54,328 nt of DNA from the NCBI GenBank assembly GCA_046538375.1, contig JBKHJA010000003.1, forward strand, positions 1 to 54,328. Direction: 5' to 3'. The notes beneath the pieces are model-generated. The model searched no databases, had not been told where the DNA came from, and saw only the letters and a program-made list of their open reading frames with translations. The DNA is from Candidatus Aminicenantes bacterium (GTDB lineage Bacteria; Acidobacteriota; Aminicenantia; Aminicenantales; Aminicenantaceae). This document shows positions 45,985 through 54,328 of the stretch, in pieces (position 1 is the first letter of the stretch; the number at the start of each line of letters is the position of its first letter). A program made the position numbers and the translations under genes.

Positions 45985-46788
45985 GTGATGGATAAGAATA
46001 AAAAAGAAAGAGCAGATGAGGTTCTCATCCGTCGAGGTCTGGCTCAAAATCCCCATAAAGCTCAGGCGCTGATTATGGCTGGACTTGTTTTTTCCAAACA
46101 GAAAAGGATCGAAAAGCCAGGAGAGAAGGTGGGAACAGATGAACCCATTTCAGTGAAGGAGCCCATGCCTTATAAGAGCCGCGGGGGCCTGAAGCTTAAG
46201 CAGGCGCTCAAGACTTTTCAGGTTTCCGTGAAGGGAAAAGTGGCAGCGGACTTAGGTGCTTCAACGGGGGGATTTACCGATTGTCTCCTCCAGGAAGGGG
46301 CCAGGCGGGTATATGCTGTGGACGTGGAAACCAGACAGCTTGACTGGCGTCTGAGGGAAGACCCCCGTGTCATCCTGATAAATAAGAATGCCCGTTATTT
46401 AAAAAAAGCAGATTTTCCAGATAGTTTGGGAGTAGTGACCATGGATCTATCCTTCATTTCTGTCCTTAAAGTTCTGCCTGCGGTGAGGAAATTCCTGGGA
46501 AAGGGCCATCTCCTTTCGCTTATCAAACCCCAGTTTGAAGTGGGTAAAGGAGAAGTGGGCAGGGGAGGTATTGTCAGAGATCTGCATTTGCATCAGAGGG
46601 TGTTGGAGGAGATGGTGGAGAAGGCCTCTCTGATGGATTTTATGCTCAAAGGATTGTCCAGGTCATCCCTTCGAGGACAGAAAGGAAACCGGGAGTATTT
46701 TATCTATTGGTCTTTGGAAAAACAGAATCTAGATGTTGCCCGGATTAAGAGATCAATCAAGGAGGTGGTGTGGGATGAGAAAGATTAA
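45985..46788 (+). CDS. tlyA: TlyA family rRNA 2'-O-methyltransferase
   Basis: S4 domain, SRGGLKL, DLGASTGGFTD, DLSFIS, KPQFE, GNRE. Confidence 0.94.
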   Translation: MMDKNKKERADEVLIRRGLAQNPHKAQALIMAGLVFSKQKRIEKPGEKVGTDEPISVKEPMPYKSRGGLKLKQALKTFQVSVKGKVAADLGASTGGFTDCLLQEGARRVYAVDVETRQLDWRLREDPRVILINKNARYLKKADFPDSLGVVTMDLSFISVLKVLPAVRKFLGKGHLLSLIKPQFEVGKGEVGRGGIVRDLHLHQRVLEEMVEKASLMDFMLKGLSRSSLRGQKGNREYFIYWSLEKQNLDVARIKRSIKEVVWDEKD

Positions 46789-47626
46789 CGGAGTTGGCTT
46801 TGTGATTAAGCCTCATGCTCCCCAGGTGGAGAAGATTTTGAAAGAGCTTGTTGGTTATTTTGAGAGAAAAGGAATAGAGTGTTTTTTAGAGGAGTCTGCT
46901 TCCAGAAAGCTTCATATTAAAAAAGGATGGTCGAGAGAAGAACTCCCCCAGCATGTTGATTTGGTGGTGGTGTTGGGAGGGGATGGGACTTTGCTCAGTA
47001 TTGCTCATCTGGCCGCTCAAAAAGATGTTCCAGTTCTGGGAATAAATTTAGGGAAACTTGGCTTTTTGACTGAAGTTCCTCAGGATGAGATGTATTTGAC
47101 ACTGGATTCTTACTTAGAAGGCAATGATAAAATGGTAAGTCCAAGAGGTATGCTGGAGGCTTCTAACAGAGGAAAAACCTATTACTGCCTGAACGATGTG
47201 GTGATAAACAAAGGAGCCTTGGCCAGAATGATTCAGTGTGACATTTGGATCGAGGATAAAGAAATAGCCACATTAAGAGCCGATGGTTTGATCATCTCCA
47301 CTCCCACCGGTTCTACAGCCTATTCCTTAGCTGCCGGCGGGCCTATCATTCAGCCTCATATTTCCGCTATCATCCTGGCGCCCATTTGTCCTCATACCCT
47401 GTCATTCCGACCTATGGTTATCTCTTCAGATTTAAAGGTAAAGGTGCAGCTTCTTACAGGAGGAGAGGAAGTCTACCTTACTCTTGATGGGCAGCGGGGC
47501 AATACGTTGGTGAAGAACGATGAGGTTGAGATCAGACCCAGCGGCCATGTCCTCCGGCTCATTTCCTCACCCCAGAGGAACTACTTTGATTTGCTCAAGG
47601 AAAAGCTGGGTTGGGCTGAAAGATAA
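46775..47626 (+). CDS. nadK: NAD kinase
   Basis: GGDGTLL, GKLGFL, LNDVV, TPTGSTAYSLAAGGP; ATG 46775 follows AAGGAGG. Confidence 0.96.
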   Translation: MRKINGVGFVIKPHAPQVEKILKELVGYFERKGIECFLEESASRKLHIKKGWSREELPQHVDLVVVLGGDGTLLSIAHLAAQKDVPVLGINLGKLGFLTEVPQDEMYLTLDSYLEGNDKMVSPRGMLEASNRGKTYYCLNDVVINKGALARMIQCDIWIEDKEIATLRADGLIISTPTGSTAYSLAAGGPIIQPHISAIILAPICPHTLSFRPMVISSDLKVKVQLLTGGEEVYLTLDGQRGNTLVKNDEVEIRPSGHVLRLISSPQRNYFDLLKEKLGWAER

Positions 47627-47690
47627 GAGCTGCCTGTTTATTGGAGGCATCCCCAAAACTGTGCTGAGTATAATATATATGTTGATTGAA

Positions 47691-47861
47691 AGGGGTGAGG
47701 GATGGGGGGTGAGGAAGCCCCTATGAGGACTGAGCGGGCATGGTTCCTCTCCGAAGGAGAGGAGAGCGAAGTCCGAATGGGAGCTAATTTTCCTCGCTGG
47801 GGAAAATAAGCGTGCTGACGACCCCCCACCCTCACCCCCTATCACGGAAAAAGAAATGCTT
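47691..47861. repeat. Inverted-repeat-bounded intergenic element (most complete copy of the dispersed repeat)
   Basis: AGGGGTGAGGGATGGGGGGT (47691-47710) pairs with ACCCCCCACCCTCACCCCCT (47821-47840); internal hairpins; right part matches 11866-11917. Confidence 0.8.
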
Positions 47862-47871
47862 TTATGTTGAT

Positions 47872-47900
47872 TTGACATTTTGAAGAGCTGTCTTTATCAT
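47872..47900 (+). promoter_or_regulatory. Putative sigma70 promoter of glgA-trxA-trxB
   Basis: TTGACA-17nt-TATCAT. Confidence 0.7.
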
Positions 47901-47911
47901 AATTTTTTACC

Positions 47912-49411
47912 ATGAACCAGAAATTGAGAGTGATCTACGTCTCAGCAGAAGTTTCTCCTTTTGCCAAGTCCGGAGAATTGGCTGATGTGGCTTCATCTCT
48001 GCCCAAATACTTGGCTTCCTTGGGAATGGAAGTGGCGGTGTTCATGCCCAAATACAGGAAGCCGGAAATTGAATCTTTGCCCAAAGAATTGGTCAACCAG
48101 GATGTGCTGGTTCCCATGGGGGAAAAGAAAGCTAAGGTCCGTATTTATAAGAGCGAATTAGGTAAATATGACCTTTATTTGGTGGATAATCCCCAGTATT
48201 TTTGGAGGGAGAATATCTACGGTACCGGTAAAGGGGAATACCTGGACAATGATGAACGATTCATTTTTTTCAACCGGGCTGTCCTTGAATTTTTGCTGAA
48301 AACAAAGATGCCCGTAGATGTGATCCATTGTAACAACTGGCCCACAGCCCTTATTCCTGTTTTTTTAAAAACCAATTATGCCCATAAAAATCATTTTAAG
48401 AAGGTGGCCACCGTATTCACTCTTCATAACATAGCTTACCAGGGTGAATTCCCAGCAGAAACTCTGAGTCTGGCTGGATTGAACTGGAACAATCTGGACC
48501 ACACACAGTTATCCTACAACGGCAAATTCAATTTTCTAAAGACAGGGCTGATTTACTCTGATGTTCTCAACACTGTAAGCTCTTCTTACAGGAGAGAAAG
48601 CCTCACCAAAAAATACTGCTTTGGGTTGAAAGATGTACTGGAGAACAGGAGGAAAATTTTCTTCAGCATCAGAAATGGTGTGGATTATGACATCTGGAAT
48701 CCAGAAACCGACCCTTATATCGCTGCCAATTACACTCCCTCTAACCTTAATCCCAAGAAAAAATGTAAGCTTGATTTGATCGAGGAATTTGGACTATCCC
48801 TTCCTCCTCAGACTCCTCTGGTAGGGATTGTCTCTTATCTGAGTGCCCAGAAAGGCTTTGATATTTTGATAGAAGCCATGGATGAGATAGTCAGCATGGA
48901 TATGGGGCTGGTGATACTAGGCAGGGGAGACGAAAAGTATGAGAAACGAATGCAGGAAATACAGAAGCAGAACCCTCAAAAAGTTGGCCTTAGGCTGGAG
49001 ATGAATCCTGCTTTGGCCCATAAGACAGCCGCGGGAGCGGATATTTTTCTCATTCCTTCCCTGTATGAACCCTGCGGCCTGAATCAGCTTTACAGCTTCC
49101 GCTACGGAACGGTTCCGGTGGTGAGAGCAACTGGCGGTTTAGGGGAGACAGTGAAGCCGTTTGATGCTAAAAATCAAAAAGGAAACGGGTTTATTTTTAG
49201 AGAATACACAGCCCCAGCTCTGATTGAAGCGCTGAGAGAAGCACTGAGCTTTTACGCGCGGCCCAGGCTCTGGCAGAAGATCATCAAACAGGGATTCCAG
49301 GAGGATTATTCTTGGCAGAAAGCAGCTAAAAAGTATGCCAAACTCTACCGGAATGCCCTGCAAATGAGGAAAGGAGGTTCAATTGGCCGAAGACATCATC
49401 AGCGTTTCTGA
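47912..49411 (+). CDS. glgA: Glycogen synthase family (GT5) protein with atypical active-site motifs
   Basis: EVSPFAKSGELADV, DNDERF, TLHN, NGVDYDIWNP, EPCGLNQ, RATGGL. Confidence 0.85.
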   Translation: MNQKLRVIYVSAEVSPFAKSGELADVASSLPKYLASLGMEVAVFMPKYRKPEIESLPKELVNQDVLVPMGEKKAKVRIYKSELGKYDLYLVDNPQYFWRENIYGTGKGEYLDNDERFIFFNRAVLEFLLKTKMPVDVIHCNNWPTALIPVFLKTNYAHKNHFKKVATVFTLHNIAYQGEFPAETLSLAGLNWNNLDHTQLSYNGKFNFLKTGLIYSDVLNTVSSSYRRESLTKKYCFGLKDVLENRRKIFFSIRNGVDYDIWNPETDPYIAANYTPSNLNPKKKCKLDLIEEFGLSLPPQTPLVGIVSYLSAQKGFDILIEAMDEIVSMDMGLVILGRGDEKYEKRMQEIQKQNPQKVGLRLEMNPALAHKTAAGADIFLIPSLYEPCGLNQLYSFRYGTVPVVRATGGLGETVKPFDAKNQKGNGFIFREYTAPALIEALREALSFYARPRLWQKIIKQGFQEDYSWQKAAKKYAKLYRNALQMRKGGSIGRRHHQRF

Positions 49412-49709
49412 TGGGACTTTCGAAGATGAAGTGATAAAAAGTGAGCTGCCGGTTCTGGTCGATTTTTGGGCGGTTTGGTGCGCTCCGTGCCAGCTGGTTG
49501 TTCCCGCCCTAGAGCACCTTGTGGAAAATTACAAAGACAGGATAAAGGTGGCAAAGTTGAATGTGGATGAGAATCCCAAAATCTCCTCAAAATACGGCAT
49601 CATGAGTATTCCCTCTCTTCTCCTTTTCAAGAACGGAGAAGTTAAAGAGACCATGGTGGGTGCTTTGCCCAAAGAGAAGATTGTAGAGGTGGTATCTAAA
49701 CACCTATGA
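49383..49709 (+). CDS. trxA: Thioredoxin
   Basis: VLVDFWAVWCAPC, SIP; TTG start after GGAGG. Confidence 0.95.
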   Translation: MAEDIISVSDGTFEDEVIKSELPVLVDFWAVWCAPCQLVVPALEHLVENYKDRIKVAKLNVDENPKISSKYGIMSIPSLLLFKNGEVKETMVGALPKEKIVEVVSKHL

Positions 49710-50629
49710 ACGGCATCTTCGATGTGGTGATCATCGGTGCTGGTCCGGCCGGGCTTTCTGCTGCTGTTTATGCGGGACGAGCCAGGCTTGAGACCCTGGT
49801 ACTGGAAAAAGGCTTACCCGGAGGACAAGTCCTGCTTGCCGATTTTATCGAGAATTATCCCGGCTTTCCTGAGGGAGTGAAGCCTTCTCAGCTTATGGAG
49901 AATTTCCGCAGGCATGCTCAAAAGTTCGGAGCCAAGATGGAGACAGATGAAGCCAAACAGGTTCAGAAAAAAGGCCGCAACTGGGTGGTGGCAGGGAATA
50001 AAGGAGAATACCGGAGCCGGGCCGTCATCGTGGCCACAGGTTCTGTCTACCGGAAACTGGGTCTGGAGAAGGAAGCATCCTTTACAGGAAGAGGGGTTTC
50101 CTATTGTGCCACTTGTGACGGGGCTTTTTTTAAGAATAAAGACGTGGTGGTGGTGGGAGGAGGAGATCATGCTCTGAGCGAGGCCCTGTTCCTTACGAAG
50201 TTCTGCCGTTCGGTTAAGGTTATTCACCGCCGCCAAAAATTTCGTGCTGAGAAGATTCTGCAGGAAAGAATCATGGCCAATGAAAAAATTGATGTGATAT
50301 GGGATTCTGTGGTGGAGGACATCGGAGGCGGAGATAAGGTGGAGTGGATAGCCTTAAGAAATGTTAAGACCAACACCTCCTCCAGACTGAAACTGGACGG
50401 AGTTTTTGTCTCTATCGGCATGGATCCCAACAGCAGTATGGTGAAAGATGTTGTGGATTTGGATAAGAATGGTCAGATCAAGGTCAATTTTTCGATGAGC
50501 ACTTCTCAGCCTGGAATCTTTGCCGCCGGTGATGTCACCGACGCCTGTCCCCAGCAGATAGCAACGGCTGCGGCCACTGGAGTAACCGCTTCTCTCTCTG
50601 TGAATGATTATTTAGAGAATTTAAAATAG
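49706..50629 (+). CDS. trxB: Thioredoxin reductase
   Basis: GAGPAG, ENYPGF, GVSYCATCDG, HRR, FAAGD. Confidence 0.96.
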   Translation: MNGIFDVVIIGAGPAGLSAAVYAGRARLETLVLEKGLPGGQVLLADFIENYPGFPEGVKPSQLMENFRRHAQKFGAKMETDEAKQVQKKGRNWVVAGNKGEYRSRAVIVATGSVYRKLGLEKEASFTGRGVSYCATCDGAFFKNKDVVVVGGGDHALSEALFLTKFCRSVKVIHRRQKFRAEKILQERIMANEKIDVIWDSVVEDIGGGDKVEWIALRNVKTNTSSRLKLDGVFVSIGMDPNSSMVKDVVDLDKNGQIKVNFSMSTSQPGIFAAGDVTDACPQQIATAAATGVTASLSVNDYLENLK

Positions 50630-50651
50630 ATCCTTAAATTTGGAAGCATCC

Positions 50652-51701
50652 TTATTTTTCTAACTGCTCCACTTTTTTCTTCAATTTCTTTATGTCTTTG
50701 ACCAGATCATACAGTTTGGGCAGGAGCACCCATACTTTTCGCCAGTCCCTGATGTCAAGATGAGGACTTCCAGACACCATGGCGCCCGGAGGGATGCTTT
50801 TGGTGATCCCGCTTTTGGCTGCCGCCACCACATTGTCACCGATAGTCACATGGTCGCTCACTCCAACCTGGCCGCCCATGATAACATTTCTGCCAATTTT
50901 GGTGCTGCCGGCAATTCCTGTCTGGGCGGCAAGAATACTGTTTTCTCCAATTTCTACATTATGGGCGATCTGGACAAGGTTATCGATTTTGGTCCCCTTT
51001 CTGATGACTGTTTCTCCTAACGAAGCGCGGTCTATGGTGGTGTTGGCACCCACTTCCACATCATCTTCGATGACCACCGTTCCTTTTTGAGGTATTTTGA
51101 CATGGGAGCCGTCCTCTGCCTTGATGTAGCCAAAACCATCCGAGCCCACCACAACGCCGTCGTGGATAATGACCCGGTTTCCGATTATGACATCTTCCCT
51201 TATAGAGACCCGGGAGTGGATGACAGATTCTTTGCCGATTTTTGCCCGTGACAGGATGCACACATGGGGAAAAATTTGGGTTTTTTCTCCGATTTCCACA
51301 TCATCTCCGATGTAAGAGAAAGCCCCTACCGCCGCTCCCTTGCCTATTTTGGCTGAAGGAGAGATGAAGGCTTGTGGATGGAAGCCAGGCTTCATCTGGT
51401 AAGGAGTGTAGAAGAGTTCTACCGCCTTGATAAAGGTCAGGTAAGGATTTTCTGATTTGATAACCGGTACTTTTTCATGTTCTTCATCGGCGGGTATGAT
51501 GGCTGCTGATGCTTTGCTTTTTTCCAGGAGAGGGCGGTACTTGCGGTGAGCAAGGAAGACCAGATCCCCTGGCTTAGCCTTCTCCAGATCGGAGACACCG
51601 TATATTCTGGTGCTTCCCTTCCCCGCATAAGGACAGCGGAGTCGTCGGGAAAGCTCCTTTACGGTAAGATGATGGGAAGAGGAGTCAGGCGGTTTTTTCA
51701 T
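50652..51701 (-). CDS. lpxD: UDP-3-O-acylglucosamine N-acyltransferase
   Basis: Hexapeptide repeats, [25 protein letters not shown]. Confidence 0.96.
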   Translation of the reverse strand: MKKPPDSSSHHLTVKELSRRLRCPYAGKGSTRIYGVSDLEKAKPGDLVFLAHRKYRPLLEKSKASAAIIPADEEHEKVPVIKSENPYLTFIKAVELFYTPYQMKPGFHPQAFISPSAKIGKGAAVGAFSYIGDDVEIGEKTQIFPHVCILSRAKIGKESVIHSRVSIREDVIIGNRVIIHDGVVVGSDGFGYIKAEDGSHVKIPQKGTVVIEDDVEVGANTTIDRASLGETVIRKGTKIDNLVQIAHNVEIGENSILAAQTGIAGSTKIGRNVIMGGQVGVSDHVTIGDNVVAAAKSGITKSIPPGAMVSGSPHLDIRDWRKVWVLLPKLYDLVKDIKKLKKKVEQLEK

Positions 51702-52554
51702 CGATCCTCTCGTTTAAAACTGAAGCGAGTTCTGCTCCCCACAGCAAAATCATCATGGAAAAAGATATCCACAGCAGAAAGAAGATGAGCGAAGTTAAGG
51801 CCCCCTGAAGAAATCTGGAAAGGACGATTCCTATGGCAGAGAAATGGGCTACATAAAAGGCAAACAGCCTCTTGAAGGCTTCCCAGAGAAGGGCGCAGAT
51901 GCCGGCTGCTATCATAGCTGCTCTGGTGTGGACTTTGACTTCAGGGATGAATTTATACAAGGAAAAGAGGACCAGGAAAGTCAGAGTGAAAGGGATGAGA
52001 TACTGGATCAAAGCATTGTCCACAAGGGAGACGGTTTTAGGATTGATGTATTTGGCCACCACTTCGCTTTCTCTTATGCTCCGGTGCACCGCAGTCCAGA
52101 TGGCTGTTATAGAAAGTGAGATCAGCATGATGATACCGATGATGAACATGATCAGGTATTCCATCAGCCGGTTATAAAAGAAGGATTTCTGGTAGTTGGC
52201 TTTGAATATGAAATTTATGGAATAGATGAGGTTGGAAAACAGGAAGCTGGCAGCGATGAAAGAGCCGGCTAGACCGAACCAGCCCAGGTTGGTGATGTTT
52301 CGAGCGAGCTCCCGGATCCTGAAGAAAAAATTAGGATCGAGCTGAGCAAAGAATTCTTCAGAGAAAATGTTGAGACTGCGGAAAGCGATCTCAGATCCTC
52401 CGAAGATTCTGGTGGTCACAAAGGCGAACAGAGCCACCAGGGGGATGGCGCAGAGAACAGCAAAATAGGAGATGGTTATGGCGAAGTTCCCACATCTATC
52501 CTCTATAAATCTTTTTATAGTGGTCTTGATGATCTCAAAGACTGGAAACTTCAT
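51685..52554 (-). CDS. YihY/virulence factor BrkB family membrane protein
   Basis: Six TM segments, LYKFIP, LLWEAFK, LLWI...ILLWGAEL. Confidence 0.88.
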   Translation of the reverse strand: MKFPVFEIIKTTIKRFIEDRCGNFAITISYFAVLCAIPLVALFAFVTTRIFGGSEIAFRSLNIFSEEFFAQLDPNFFFRIRELARNITNLGWFGLAGSFIAASFLFSNLIYSINFIFKANYQKSFFYNRLMEYLIMFIIGIIMLISLSITAIWTAVHRSIRESEVVAKYINPKTVSLVDNALIQYLIPFTLTFLVLFSLYKFIPEVKVHTRAAMIAAGICALLWEAFKRLFAFYVAHFSAIGIVLSRFLQGALTSLIFFLLWISFSMMILLWGAELASVLNERIDEKTA

Positions 52555-52576
52555 GGAGTTTTAAGGGCTGCCTTTC

Positions 52577-52921
52577 TCAGGCGTAATTCCCCCAAAGGAC
52601 CATCAGAATGATAATAGTAATGAGCAAGGCATATATCACAAGGGTTTCGATTAAAACCAATCCAAAAATAACAATAAAGCGAATGGCGGGCGCTCCTCCT
52701 GGATTTCTAGAAATTCCCTCGCAGGCACTGCTGATGGATTTGGCCTGGCAGAAAGCTCCTGCAGCCGAAGCAAGAGTGATGATGGCTCCGCCGACGATGA
52801 TGGAAAGCTTAAACAGGGGAGCTTTGGTAGCATTAAAAGTTTCTTCTTGGGCCAGAAGCGGGACGGCTGTAAATGCGACAAAAAAGATCAGTAAAGACAG
52901 AGGTTTTAGAATCTTTCTCAT
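52577..52921 (-). CDS. atpE: ATP synthase F0 subunit c with N-terminal signal-like extension
   Basis: EGISRNP loop, IETLVIY carboxylate motif; AAGGAGG SD. Confidence 0.93.
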   Translation of the reverse strand: MRKILKPLSLLIFFVAFTAVPLLAQEETFNATKAPLFKLSIIVGGAIITLASAAGAFCQAKSISSACEGISRNPGGAPAIRFIVIFGLVLIETLVIYALLITIIILMVLWGNYA

Positions 52922-52938
52922 TCTTCCTCCTTTTTAAA

Positions 52939-53685
52939 TTAGCGTTCTTCTTCATGGGCCACGGCTCCCGCTATGTAGATACAGGAGAGAAGGACAAAGA
53001 CAAAGGCTTGAATGAGGGCGGTGAAAATGGCCACGGCCATGAACGGCAGGGGAAGGAAAAAAGGGATGATGGAGGCGATGACCAGGATGAGCAGTTCTTC
53101 GGCGAAGATGTTGCCAAAGAGACGAATAGAAAGTGAGACAGGGCGGGAAAAATGGCTGATGATTTCGATAGGCAGGAGAAGTGGAGCCAGAAGCGGGATG
53201 GGGCCTGTGAAGTGTTTTAAGTATCTGAATAATCCTTGGGATTTTATTCCCTGCCAGTTATAGTAAACAAAGACCACCAGAGCACAGCCGGCAGTAACAT
53301 TGAGTTTGCTGGTGGGGGACATGAATCCTGGAACAAGGCCCAGGAGATTGCAGAAGAGGATGAATAACCCGATGGTGGCAATCATAGGCAGATATTTCTT
53401 TCCTTGTTCTCCGATAATATCCACCAGAAGATTCTCGAAGTACTCGATGATGAGCTCCAGGATGCCCTGCCGTTTGGAAGGAACAATACGGAGCCGCCTG
53501 GATGAGAGACCCAGAAAAAGGATCAGAAACAAAGCCGCAAAGATGCTCATCACCATGTAGTCAGGGAAGAGATGTTCTGGATTGTGGACTTCGATTCCCA
53601 CCAAGGCAAGGAGGGCGGCCAGAGGTTCCCCAAAAATTTTATTGAAAAGTTCAACCAGGAACAGACTGTGTTCTAACTCTTCCAT
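52939..53685 (-). CDS. atpB: ATP synthase F0 subunit a
   Basis: NLLGLVPG, SRPVSLSIRLFGNI, IQAFVF. Confidence 0.96.
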   Translation of the reverse strand: MEELEHSLFLVELFNKIFGEPLAALLALVGIEVHNPEHLFPDYMVMSIFAALFLILFLGLSSRRLRIVPSKRQGILELIIEYFENLLVDIIGEQGKKYLPMIATIGLFILFCNLLGLVPGFMSPTSKLNVTAGCALVVFVYYNWQGIKSQGLFRYLKHFTGPIPLLAPLLLPIEIISHFSRPVSLSIRLFGNIFAEELLILVIASIIPFFLPLPFMAVAIFTALIQAFVFVLLSCIYIAGAVAHEEER

Positions 53686-54056
53686 TTCTTTATGTTAACC
53701 AGTGCTAACCCAGATTCTACTCCTGTGATCAGTATGAGTGTGGAGAAGCCGGCCACAAAAGCCAAAATTTGTTGTGAAAAGAAAAAAATTATAATAGAAA
53801 AGATAACAAGAATCAACAGAAGCCGGAGGGTGTAAAAAGCCAAGGCAGATTTCAGGGCTTTCTTCTTGTCAGGGACAAGAAACTTCAAAAGAGATTTCTT
53901 AAGCCAGATGAAACTCAGGGCCGAGAATACCCCTCCTGCGAAAACGAAAAGAGAGGTTAGAGGATAAAAAAAGATCAGGGATAGAAGGGCTAAGAGGAGG
54001 GAGAGGAGGATGATTTCTGCGGGTATCCGCCGCAGTATCTTTTCTTCTTCATTCAT
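53673..54056 (-). CDS. atpI: ATP synthase protein I
   Basis: 4-TM hydrophobic protein immediately upstream of atpB. Confidence 0.75.
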   Translation of the reverse strand: MNEEEKILRRIPAEIILLSLLLALLSLIFFYPLTSLFVFAGGVFSALSFIWLKKSLLKFLVPDKKKALKSALAFYTLRLLLILVIFSIIIFFFSQQILAFVAGFSTLILITGVESGLALVNIKKWKS

Positions 54057-54273
54057 CTTTATATCTGCTTATTCCTCTTATCAAGCTGTAAAATCCAGAA
54101 GCCACACCCAGCAGGGTGAAAAGAAGAAGCAGCCAGGGGTGGGTTCCAAAGAGTTTATCCAGCAGGTAGCCAAGGAAAAGGCCCACCGCAATAGAAGAGG
54201 GAAGGATGAGCACCACGGAACTCAGCTCGGCGATCTTCTTGTAATTGATCTTGGGGAAGAGGTCAGGCGGCAT
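54049..54273 (-). CDS. atpZ: AtpZ/AtpI-family (gene 1) small membrane protein
   Basis: GLFLGYLLDKLFGTHPW...LGVASGF. Confidence 0.85.
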   Translation of the reverse strand: MPPDLFPKINYKKIAELSSVVLILPSSIAVGLFLGYLLDKLFGTHPWLLLLFTLLGVASGFYSLIRGISRYKDE

Positions 54274-54328
54274 TCTTCACTCATCATACCACAAATTCCC
54301 TTTTTACTGAAAAATGGACAAATCAAGG

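Noticed and set aside
49383-50629. Selenoprotein versions of TrxA/TrxB as targets of the SelB-like protein
   Set aside because: Both have ordinary Cys motifs (WCAPC, CATC) and no in-frame TGA at the active sites

Overview
Housekeeping-rich, mid-GC bacterial core-genome segment. Gene content and order suggest an anaerobic diderm of the Acidobacteriota/Ca. Aminicenantes type (inference only). Gene order: yceD-rpmF-plsX-fabG-acpP-fabF; etfB-etfA; a minus-strand amidase/Tat-DUF362/polyferredoxin operon; apgM; guaA; dnaE; a RomR-like pseudo-receiver; valS-birA-coaX; an overlapping trio of hypothetical gene, RNase R and a SelB-like protein lacking its GTPase half; a minus-strand arginine synthetase-like (COG2403)/carbamate kinase/OTC operon ending in a 692-aa orphan; tRNA-Val(GAC); thrS-infC-rpmI-rplT-pheST-zapB-zapA-rny-ymdB-xseAB-ispA-dxs-tlyA-nadK; a degenerate glgA, trxA, trxB; and a minus-strand atpZ-atpI-atpB-atpE-yihY-lpxD block. 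No transposase, phage, integrase or CRISPR array was seen. Several intergenic gaps hold small non-autonomous elements: two MITEs with TIRs and target-site duplications, plus a dispersed repeat family. The most notable candidates are the stand-alone SelB C-terminal protein coupled to RNase R, the arcA-less arginine operon with its orphan gene, the glgA with altered active-site motifs, and the MITEs. All family calls come from motif recognition by eye; no searches were run.
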